Positions 47,748 through 55,691 of a DNA stretch of 64,000 nucleotides are shown in pieces. Location: positions 992,001 through 1,056,000 of the forward strand of contig OY969801.1 in the NCBI GenBank assembly GCA_963703225.1, read 5' to 3'. The position numbers were made by a program, and so were the translations under genes. The notes beneath the pieces were generated by a model. That model was not told the DNA's origin. It was given only the letters and a program-made list of their open reading frames with translations, and searched no databases. This DNA comes from Candidatus Eiseniibacteriota bacterium. GTDB taxonomy: Bacteria > Eisenbacteria > RBG-16-71-46 > SZUA-252. How positions within the stretch are numbered: the stretch's first letter is position 1; every line of letters starts with the position of its first letter.

Positions 47748-49427
47748 TCAGCGCCTTCCCGCCCTCCAGATCCCCCAGAGCACCGAGGCGCCGAAGGCCA
47801 GTGAGAACACAAGCCCGAGCTTGAACAGCCAGCCGACCATCGATCCCAACTGAGGTACGTTCCGGATCCCGACAGCCAGGCCAAGCGCTACCACCGACGA
47901 TCCCAGGATGATCGAGAGCGCGAGTCGGTTCGTCATGCCCTGGAATTCTCGCGTGAAGCTCTCGATCCCCTGATGCGCGATGCTCAGAGCGATCTCGCCT
48001 CGCTCAATCCGAGCCAAGAGGCGCGTGAGCCGCCGGGGCAAGTCCAGGCCAAGCTCCGCCGCGTCCGAAGCCACCCGGCTCGCGCGTTTCGCCACGACCC
48101 CGAACGTCCGGCGCCGGCGCCAGGCGCGTGCGACAATCGGGCCGGCATATTCGAGATAGCGAAACTCAGGGTCGAGCTTGAGACCGATCCCCTCGCTCAT
48201 GGTCACGACGCGGAGCAGCAACGCCAGTGCGCTCGGAAGTTGGAGCTTGTGCCGGAAGGCGATCCGGACGATCTCGCCCGTAACGGACGCGGCGCTCAGA
48301 TCGCGAAGCGTGCGGCCAGCAAAGGAGCCCATCAGATGCTCCAAATCCCTCTGAAAGGCGGCGCGCCTTGCTCGGGGACTTGCCACCCCAAGCGCGTACA
48401 TCGCCTCGGCCAGCTCCTCGGCGTCCTGACGTCCCGCCGCAAGGACCGCCCGGAGCAGATGCCGGTGCGTTTCGTCGTTGATTCGACCGACCATGCCGAA
48501 ATCCACGACCGCGAGGGAACCGTCGGACTGCACGAAGAAGTTCCCAGGATGCGGGTCCGCGTGGAAGAAGCCGAACTCCAGGACCTCCCGCAGGAAGATC
48601 TCAACGGCGTTCTCCGCGACCGTGCGTCGCGGGATGCCGAGGCGATCCAACGTCGCCAGATCGGAGATCTTCACTCCCCCCACGCGCTCCTCCGTGAGCA
48701 TGCGACTCGTGGTGTACTCGTCGTAAACGCGCGGAATCCATACGCGACGGTCTCCCTCGAACGCCCGTCGCAGGCGCGTAGCGTTCTGTGCCTCGAGCAC
48801 GTAGTCCAGCTCGCCGCGGATTGTGTAGGCGAACTCGTCCGCCAGCTCACTCAGCTCATAATCGCGCCCCAGAGGGGTGTGGACTTGCATCCACGCGACG
48901 ATTCCACGAAGGATTTCAAGGTCGCGCTCCACCTGCTCGACGACCTCGGGGCGGCGCACCTTGACGATCACCGGCGTGCCGTCGAGGAGCACCGCGGCGT
49001 GCACCTGCCCGATGGAGGCCGAGGCAATGGGCCTCGCTTCGAAGGACAGGAACGGCGCCACGGCCAAGCGGCGCAATTCCTCGCGCACGGTGCGTTGGAT
49101 GTCCTGGAAGGGGACCGGTGGGGCTGCGTCTTGCAGTTTCGATAGCTCCGCGATGAGATCCAGGGGAAGCAGATCGGCGCGCGTGCTCAGCATCTGGCCA
49201 AGCTTGATGAACGTCGCGCCCAGCTCGCCGAGAGCCACGCGCACGCGCTGCGACTGGGTGAGCGGAGCGACCTCGCTCGGAGTGCGACGAAACCGAGGAA
49301 CGAAGCGCCGCAGCCCCGCCATGTCGGCGATCGACTCGAGTCCGTGCCCGGCCAACACGCGGCCGATCTGCCGGGTGCGTTTCAAGGACCTGGAAGACGG
49401 ACGCGGTACGCCCAGCAGCATACCCAT
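47748..49427 (-). CDS. AarF/ABC1/UbiB family atypical kinase
   Basis: FIKLGQMLSTRADL, ASASIGQVH, VKV, FFHADPHPGN and DFGMVG. C-terminal TMs. Confidence 0.93.
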   Translation of the reverse strand: MGMLLGVPRPSSRSLKRTRQIGRVLAGHGLESIADMAGLRRFVPRFRRTPSEVAPLTQSQRVRVALGELGATFIKLGQMLSTRADLLPLDLIAELSKLQDAAPPVPFQDIQRTVREELRRLAVAPFLSFEARPIASASIGQVHAAVLLDGTPVIVKVRRPEVVEQVERDLEILRGIVAWMQVHTPLGRDYELSELADEFAYTIRGELDYVLEAQNATRLRRAFEGDRRVWIPRVYDEYTTSRMLTEERVGGVKISDLATLDRLGIPRRTVAENAVEIFLREVLEFGFFHADPHPGNFFVQSDGSLAVVDFGMVGRINDETHRHLLRAVLAAGRQDAEELAEAMYALGVASPRARRAAFQRDLEHLMGSFAGRTLRDLSAASVTGEIVRIAFRHKLQLPSALALLLRVVTMSEGIGLKLDPEFRYLEYAGPIVARAWRRRRTFGVVAKRASRVASDAAELGLDLPRRLTRLLARIERGEIALSIAHQGIESFTREFQGMTNRLALSIILGSSVVALGLAVGIRNVPQLGSMVGWLFKLGLVFSLAFGASVLWGIWRAGRR

Positions 49428-49474
49428 GACACCCTCGCACGACGCTCCATTCGAGCTCTCTCGTTTGGTTGTTC

Positions 49475-49491
49475 AGGCACGATCCGTGCCA
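49475..49491 (-). promoter_or_regulatory. sigma54 -24/-12 element (readable on both strands)
   Basis: Minus strand reads TGGCACGGATCGTGC, about 50 nt upstream of the AarF start. Plus strand reads AGGCACGATCCGTGC. Confidence 0.6.
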
Positions 49492-49699
49492 CGGGGGGTT
49501 GAGGGAGCGGGCGATCAATTTGACTCGACGAACAGAAGTCGCTATGGCGCAGCTAGGAGCGGTGATCGGTTGGACCTCGAATCCTCGCCGGCGAGACCTA
49601 TGTCGCCGGCCGGCTTGCCAAATCGACATGGGAGATGACGCATTGGCAGGGCCGAGACGGCCCACGACTCGTCTCGGTCTCGCGGTCGAGGGAGGACGC

Positions 49700-51025
49700 G
49701 TGCGCCGCATGCTCAGGGCCGTGAAGGTGCAGACCGCGATGGGGTTCTACCTCGCGATGGTTCCGGTGATGCGGCTCGCGCTTGCCGCGAACTTTAGGCG
49801 TGTGCGGGCACTTCGAGACCACACGCTTCCGCGGGTCGGAGCCGTTCTCGTCGTCGCGAACCATCCTTCCACATGGACCGACGTCCTCCTGCTGGACGCG
49901 GTGCTGGGGCGGAGGCTGCATTTCTTGGCAAAGGACGATCAATTTTGGCCCTGGCCCCGGAAGGTGCTCCTTCGAATGTTCGGTGCGCTCCCCCTTTCGA
50001 GCCTGGAGGACCGCGCCGACGCCATTGCGCGAAATGCCGGGACCTTCCGTCGATGCGAGACCCTGTTCGATCGGGGGGAATGCGTGGCGATCTTCCCGGA
50101 GGGGATCAGTCAGGTCGATCGCGGCTTGCTGCCACTCAAGCACGGAGCCGCTCGGCTCGCGCTGTCCTACGCCGGTCAGGACGGCTCGCGGCGGCCACTG
50201 ACCATCGTACCGGTCGGCATCTACTACTCCGACCGGAGGGCTTTCCGCAGCGATGTTACGGTGAGCGTGGGTGAAGGAATCGGCACGGCAGAATTGTGCG
50301 GCCCGGGCGTCGGGGAACCGGAACAAGCGGCGCGCCTGCTGACCGAACGCCTGACCGAGGCGATGCGCGGGCACGTGGTCGGGATCGCGGACCGACAGCA
50401 CGCGATGCTTTTCTCCGTCCTGGAGCCCCTCGCAACGGCGAACGGGGAGCCTCTCGACCTGGAGTCCGCAAGGCGGCTCGCGAAATCCCTCGCTGAGCTG
50501 GCGCGGAAGAGCCCCAGGGACTTCGCGCGGCTGGAGCGCAGCGCCCGCTCGTTCGAGCGGATGTGTCTCGCGCTGGACGTCCGCGAGTCCGCGCTCGGCG
50601 AACGGTCGCGCAAAAGGCTTGCGACCGCCATGGCCGCCGTCCTGGCGGGCCTGGTCCCGGCGCTGGCCGGACTCGCGGTTCACGCCGCAGCACTGGCGCT
50701 GACCCGCTTGGCCACCCAGCACTACGCTTCTCAGCCGAGCCGCGTCGCATTCGCGAGGATCGCGTCCGGCTCATTGTTCCTCTCTCTGACGTACGGTGCC
50801 GAAGCCGCCTTCCTCGTCGGGACCGATATCCCTCGCCTATGGATTCTGCCGCTCCTGCTGGTGTCTGGGCTGCTCGGCGTGGTCGCCATAGGATGGGTGC
50901 GGCGGGCGCGACTCGAATGCGACCGATGGCGCATCGCGAGGATCTCGCGGCGTCACGGTCGGCTGGTTCAGCGCGCGCGCCGCGTGCGGGAGTCCCTCCG
51001 CGCGCAGGTCGAGCTTCTGTCGTGA
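49700..51025 (+). CDS. PlsC-like glycerolipid acyltransferase with C-terminal TMs
   Basis: ANHPSTWTD (HxxxxD), FLAK, IFPEG, KHGAAR and IVPVGI. Start uncertain. Confidence 0.85.
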   Translation: MRRMLRAVKVQTAMGFYLAMVPVMRLALAANFRRVRALRDHTLPRVGAVLVVANHPSTWTDVLLLDAVLGRRLHFLAKDDQFWPWPRKVLLRMFGALPLSSLEDRADAIARNAGTFRRCETLFDRGECVAIFPEGISQVDRGLLPLKHGAARLALSYAGQDGSRRPLTIVPVGIYYSDRRAFRSDVTVSVGEGIGTAELCGPGVGEPEQAARLLTERLTEAMRGHVVGIADRQHAMLFSVLEPLATANGEPLDLESARRLAKSLAELARKSPRDFARLERSARSFERMCLALDVRESALGERSRKRLATAMAAVLAGLVPALAGLAVHAAALALTRLATQHYASQPSRVAFARIASGSLFLSLTYGAEAAFLVGTDIPRLWILPLLLVSGLLGVVAIGWVRRARLECDRWRIARISRRHGRLVQRARRVRESLRAQVELLS

Positions 51026-51711
51026 CTCTCCTCCACACACGGCAGTTCTCTGGCTGGGCGCGCGGGCACCTGCTCTGCCGCGCCGAGGGCGTGGCGGACC
51101 GGTTCGCGCTCACGTTCGACGACGGACCCAACCCCCGTGCGACAGGCTCTCTTCTCGACCTCCTCGCGCGCCACGACGCCCGCGGCACCTTCTTCATGCT
51201 CGGAGGGAATATCCGCCGGCACCAAGACCTCGCGAGGCGCACCGCTCGGGAGGGGCACGAGCCCGCGCTGCACGGGGACTCCCATTGGCCTCTCCCACTC
51301 TTGTTGCCCGGGGGGATACGAAACCAGGTGCTTCGTTGCGCGGAGGAGGTCGAGGCGGCCACCGGCAACCGTCCGCGCCTTTACCGACCTCCATTCGGTT
51401 TCATGTCTCCGGGCCAGGCACGGTTCGTCCGGCACTTGGGTTATGAGCCCGTGTTGGGGGACGTCTATCCCGAGGACGCGCACCGACCGGGAGTCGCGCG
51501 GATCGTCCGGCGGGTGCTGTCGCGACTCCGTCCGGGATCCATCCTGATCTTGCACGATGGAAGTCCCCTGGGCCCCGCGGACCGCAGCCAGACGGTGGAA
51601 GCGTTGGAGGTCATTCTAGAGGAGACGACCCGACGGGGATGGCGGGGGACAACGGTATCCGATCTGCTGAAGCGTTCCCTCCCGATCGACCCGGCAAGTC
51701 AGCCCGCCTGA
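51022..51711 (+). CDS. Polysaccharide deacetylase (CE4/NodB)
   Basis: LTFDDGP, HGDSH, YRPPFG and ILILHD. GTGA overlap. Confidence 0.92.
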   Translation: MTLLHTRQFSGWARGHLLCRAEGVADRFALTFDDGPNPRATGSLLDLLARHDARGTFFMLGGNIRRHQDLARRTAREGHEPALHGDSHWPLPLLLPGGIRNQVLRCAEEVEAATGNRPRLYRPPFGFMSPGQARFVRHLGYEPVLGDVYPEDAHRPGVARIVRRVLSRLRPGSILILHDGSPLGPADRSQTVEALEVILEETTRRGWRGTTVSDLLKRSLPIDPASQPA

Positions 51712-51876
51712 CAGAATGACATCGGTGAGCCCCCTCGGAGCCGCTCGATTTAGCCCTCACGGGTCGGCTTTGGCATTTCGCTCCTCGCGCGGTCGTTGCA
51801 TGGCAACCCGATAGCCGCCCCGCGCGTCGACGCGGCCGGCTCACTACGATACCGGTCACGTGGCATGGAGGATGCA
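51708..51876 (+). promoter_or_regulatory. sigma54 promoter and enhancer upstream of BCAM0308-archease-primase operon
   Basis: CTGACAGAATGACA (reverse of TGTCATTCTGTCAG) at 51708 and TGGCATGGAGGATGCA at 51861. Confidence 0.6.
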
Positions 51877-51925
51877 GTCTCAACCCTCCGCGGTCTGACC
51901 ACCCCACGAACCGGGAGCAGAAATC

Positions 51926-52477
51926 ATGAAAACTCGAACGATTCCCTTCAGGTCTCGCGCGAACGCCATGCACGCAACTCCGCGTGGAACCCTCGCAAGC
52001 CGCCGCCCTGTCGTGAGGCGGACACACGTTTCCCGGGAACCCACGATGTGCGAACGCTGCGGGGCTGTTTATCGGCGAAAGACGTGGCGGGCCGGCGAAC
52101 GCACGCGGCGGACGTCACCGGTCGGAGTGGCGTGGACGGTGTGCCCAGCATGCCTTCAGGTGGCGGACATGGAGTATTTCGGCAGGGTCCGTACGACCCG
52201 GTCGCTCGATCCCGCGATGGAGGCTGCGGTCAGGCGGCGCATTCGGAACGTAGAGCGGCGTGCAGGATACACGCAGCCAGAGCGTCGGACGGTTAGCATC
52301 GAACGCACGCGTTCGGGCCTCGAAGTTCTTACGACGTCGCAGAAGCTCGCGCACCGAATTGCCAGCGAATTGAGGAAGGCCTTCGGTGGGCGGACCCGCT
52401 TCACCTGGACGACATCGGAAGGCGCCCTCGAGGCCGTCTGGGATCCCCCGTCGGGAGGCCGGCGAGTTGTTGGATAG
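51926..52477 (+). CDS. BCAM0308-like / NMD3-related zinc-binding protein
   Basis: CERCGAVY...W, VCPAC and TTSQKLAHRIASEL.KAFGG. Confidence 0.75.
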   Translation: MKTRTIPFRSRANAMHATPRGTLASRRPVVRRTHVSREPTMCERCGAVYRRKTWRAGERTRRTSPVGVAWTVCPACLQVADMEYFGRVRTTRSLDPAMEAAVRRRIRNVERRAGYTQPERRTVSIERTRSGLEVLTTSQKLAHRIASELRKAFGGRTRFTWTTSEGALEAVWDPPSGGRRVVG

Positions 52478-52519
52478 GGAAGGTGCACTACGAACTGAGG
52501 GCCGAGGAGAAACGCCACC

Positions 52520-52948
52520 ATGGGAAGCTTCCAGATCGTAGAGGAGATGGCGCTCGCGGACTGCGCGGTTGACCTTTCGGCGCGGGATCTGACCGACGTG
52601 TTCGAGACGTCCGCACGTGCGCTTGCGGAGATCACTGTGGATCCTCGCACGGTCCCGGAATCCGTGGCTCGGTTCATCGCGCTTGAGGCTCCGACCATGG
52701 ATCAGCTCTTTTTCGACTGGCTCTCCGAGTTGATCTATCTGAGGGACCGGGACACGGAGGTGTATGGCCGCTGCGATGTCCAGCTCAGCGGCGTTGGGCC
52801 GTACCACCTTGCCGCCCGGCTGCATGGAGGGCGGGTCACACCGGGACGTACGGATCGGCGTGCCGACGTCAAGGGTGTTGCACTCAATGAATTCGTCCTC
52901 GAGCCCAGCGAAGGAGGCTGGCATGCCCACTTCATGTTCAACCTGTGA
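52520..52948 (+). CDS. Archease family protein (diverged)
   Basis: N-terminal ..AD, VFETSARAL, LFFDWLSELIYL.D, DVKGV and a C-terminal strand. Confidence 0.8.
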   Translation: MGSFQIVEEMALADCAVDLSARDLTDVFETSARALAEITVDPRTVPESVARFIALEAPTMDQLFFDWLSELIYLRDRDTEVYGRCDVQLSGVGPYHLAARLHGGRVTPGRTDRRADVKGVALNEFVLEPSEGGWHAHFMFNL

Positions 52949-52981
52949 CCACTTCGGCACGCCAAGGAAGGGGAATGAGCA

Positions 52982-53398
52982 ATGAGCAATCGAGATGCAT
53001 GCCGGTGTGAGTTGGTTTGGGACATGGAGCGATTCGGGACCGCGGAGACGCCCGGCGGAGAGACCCTAGAAATCGGCGAATCGGGGCCGTGGACGCCGGG
53101 GCGCCTGCTTTCTCTGGCCGCACAGTCCTCCCTGATGGTCGAGTTCCTCCGCCTGACGGAAAAGGAGGATCTCCCGATCTTGGGCTATGTCTCGAGCGGA
53201 GAATCTGTCTTCACTTCGCCCGACCGGGCGCCCGAGCTAATCCTCTCCCCTTGCGTCGTCGTGGGAGATGAGCAGGACTCGTCTCGAGCCGAGAGACTCT
53301 TGGAGGAGGCGCTGGAAGTATCTCCCATCTGTCGACTCCTGCGCGGCGTCGCTGGGTTGGACGCGCGCATCGTTGTGGTGAAGCGGATCCCGGCGTGA
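52982..53398 (+). CDS. OsmC-like protein (diverged)
   Basis: WTP..LL..A, M..F, Y.S...., L.P.V.V and LE.A....PI..L pattern. The canonical Cys positions are not retained. Confidence 0.55.
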   Translation: MSNRDACRCELVWDMERFGTAETPGGETLEIGESGPWTPGRLLSLAAQSSLMVEFLRLTEKEDLPILGYVSSGESVFTSPDRAPELILSPCVVVGDEQDSSRAERLLEEALEVSPICRLLRGVAGLDARIVVVKRIPA

Positions 53399-54837
53399 TG
53401 AAGATCGGCCCTCGTCACAAAGAGGTCACCCTCACCGCTGCGGAGTACTATCAACAACCGGGCGTCCGAGAACGGATCCGTGAATACTGTGGGCTCGAAG
53501 GTGGGTCCGCCTTCGGATGTGTCTTTATCGCCGCCAAAAAAGCTCGTTGTGGCTGCGCGTGGGAGCGTGCGCCGTTCTACCCCCCGGGCGAGCTCGACCG
53601 CCTTCTCGACCAAGGCCTGGACGTCTCGCGCTCCCTCTGGGACACGTCAAATCTTCTGTTCCATCTCGACATCGATTATCTGAACCCCGACCGCCCCGCG
53701 GAGCCCATCGTTCATCCCATCGAGACCTTTTACAAGCTCGAGCCCGTATATCGGGCCGTTCGGCATGTCATCGAAAAGTTCAAGCTCAACATCCTGGATC
53801 TGATGACGGGCGAAGGGTATCACTTCACGGGGAGGGTGCCGATCGGTGATGAGGCATTCGAGAAGCTCGCGGCGATCGCGCCCGGAACGCCGTCTTGGTT
53901 CGCGAGTCATGGAACGAGGGTGTCGGCTGGGACCGGAGCGTTCATCGACGAACGACACGCGAGAGCGAGCATGGGTCTCGGCATGGTGTTGGAGCACTTC
54001 GCCCAAATGATCCTCCGGCGGGCCGCGCTCGCCTGCGAGATTCCCGTGGTGCTCAACGCGACGGTGGTTGGCTCGGGTCTTAACGGACGCGAATGCGTCT
54101 CGCTCGATCTGTCCCACATCACCTATCCACTCGACGTGCGACATGCGCGCGCCGCTTTCAGTACCTATCAGAAGCATCTCGATCTCGAGAAATCAAGCAG
54201 CGTGCATGGGGCCGGCCGGGAGGCTCTGATCGCGTCGATTCCCCGTCAGGGCGCACCCCTGCTCACGTCGCTCGAAACGAGCCGCAATCCGGCTCGAGCG
54301 GCGCGTCTCGCGCCGAGTCGGGCCGCGTCGATTCCGAATGCCGCCGATGGGGTCTCCCGGCTTGTGGACGATTATCTAGGTTCGCCTCTCGCTCAGTGCC
54401 ATAGGGAGTTCTACACGGAAGGGGCTGAAGAGGCCGTCGACTCCAAAGAAGTGGACCAGCTGGGGAGGGGTACCGTCCCGCCATGCGTCGCGGCGTGTCT
54501 CGAAACTCCCAATGACCTTCTCCTCCGCCCGGAGTACCTGCAAAACCTGACGCGCTCTCTACTCAGCCGCGATTGGCGTCCGCGCCGGATCGCGGAGCTG
54601 ATCCAGAGGCTGTATGAGGGTGACTTCGGATGGGGCGATCACTGGAGGCGGAAGCATCCCGGGTGGCGCGCGGAGGTCTACGTGCGGTCCTTCGCCGGGA
54701 TGATCGCGACCGGCTTGGACGGAATGACCGACTTCAACTGCCTGTCGACCCAGGAGAAGGGGATGTGCCCTGGCGGATTTTGTGGCCACGAGTTAGCCGA
54801 GGACCGGGACCGGCTTCTGGCACGAGGCCCGCGGTGA
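53395..54837 (+). CDS. Putative archaeo-eukaryotic primase/polymerase (PriS-like) fused to PriL-like 4-Cys domain
   Basis: LDID (D92/D94), TGEGYH (138-143), SLD238 and R..RAAFSTYQK. C-terminal PPC364...C449-x8-C458-x4-C463. Confidence 0.65.
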   Translation: MMKIGPRHKEVTLTAAEYYQQPGVRERIREYCGLEGGSAFGCVFIAAKKARCGCAWERAPFYPPGELDRLLDQGLDVSRSLWDTSNLLFHLDIDYLNPDRPAEPIVHPIETFYKLEPVYRAVRHVIEKFKLNILDLMTGEGYHFTGRVPIGDEAFEKLAAIAPGTPSWFASHGTRVSAGTGAFIDERHARASMGLGMVLEHFAQMILRRAALACEIPVVLNATVVGSGLNGRECVSLDLSHITYPLDVRHARAAFSTYQKHLDLEKSSSVHGAGREALIASIPRQGAPLLTSLETSRNPARAARLAPSRAASIPNAADGVSRLVDDYLGSPLAQCHREFYTEGAEEAVDSKEVDQLGRGTVPPCVAACLETPNDLLLRPEYLQNLTRSLLSRDWRPRRIAELIQRLYEGDFGWGDHWRRKHPGWRAEVYVRSFAGMIATGLDGMTDFNCLSTQEKGMCPGGFCGHELAEDRDRLLARGPR

Positions 54838-55691
54838 GCTGGCGAATGGGGATCGCCACCGGCGGATGTGTGGAGCGGCCCATTCTCGACGTGCTCCAGA
54901 CCATCGCGCGTTGCGGATTTCGGGCGGTCGAGATCGGGACTCCTCCCAAGCATTTCGATCCATGGCGGCGGGAGCAAGTGCAGGCGGTGGAGAAGCTGCT
55001 GCGCCTGACCGGGATCAATGCGGTCTCCATTCACGCGCCCTTCGGGGGGATCCTCGACCTTTCAGATCCCAACCCGCATCACCGAAGCTCTGCCATCGGC
55101 GGGATTCTCCAGGCGGCGGCGGTGCTACAAGAGCTGGGAGGCTCGGTGGTGGTGGTGCATCCCACCGATGTTCCCCGCAATTCGGAAGACGTGGGGCGTC
55201 GTCTCGAGGCCAGCGCGGGCTCCCTGGCCATCCTAGCCCAATCGTGCGAGAGGATGGGTTTGCGGCTCGCGATCGAAAGTCCGCTTCCGCACCTGATCGG
55301 AGGGGCACCGCAGGAATTTGCCTGGCTCCTACAGCGCGTGGACGGCTCCGCCGGTGTGTGTCTCGACACGTCGCACACCTGTCTCGGGGGGAACTGGAAT
55401 GAATTCCTGAAGGTAGCGGGGCCGCGATTGCTCCATGTACACGTGTGCGACAACCGGGGGTCGTTCGATGACCACCTTCCTCCAGGTGAGGGCGTGATCC
55501 AGTGGGACGAGATTATCGAGAGCCTTCGTCGAGCCGAATACGAAGGGTGGATGATCTTGGAGATCGCCTGTCCGGAGGAGCCCCAGGACGATCGATTCGT
55601 ACGGGTCCGCGAATCCGCGGAGAGGCTCTTCGGGCTCGATGCAGGAACCCAGACGGGAAGGAGGGACGGCCATCTCGCTCCAGGAACGTGA
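54834..55691 (+). CDS. Xylose-isomerase-like / AP endonuclease 2 TIM-barrel metalloenzyme
   Basis: SIHAPF, VVVHP, AIES, CLDTSH, HVHVCDN, DDHLPPG and ILEI. GTGA overlap with the upstream gene. Confidence 0.88.
   Translation: MSWRMGIATGGCVERPILDVLQTIARCGFRAVEIGTPPKHFDPWRREQVQAVEKLLRLTGINAVSIHAPFGGILDLSDPNPHHRSSAIGGILQAAAVLQELGGSVVVVHPTDVPRNSEDVGRRLEASAGSLAILAQSCERMGLRLAIESPLPHLIGGAPQEFAWLLQRVDGSAGVCLDTSHTCLGGNWNEFLKVAGPRLLHVHVCDNRGSFDDHLPPGEGVIQWDEIIESLRRAEYEGWMILEIACPEEPQDDRFVRVRESAERLFGLDAGTQTGRRDGHLAPGT

Noticed and set aside
53395..54837. AEP-like gene as evidence of a prophage or plasmid
   Set aside because: No integrase, helicase, structural genes, att-like repeats or obvious compositional shift were seen around it.
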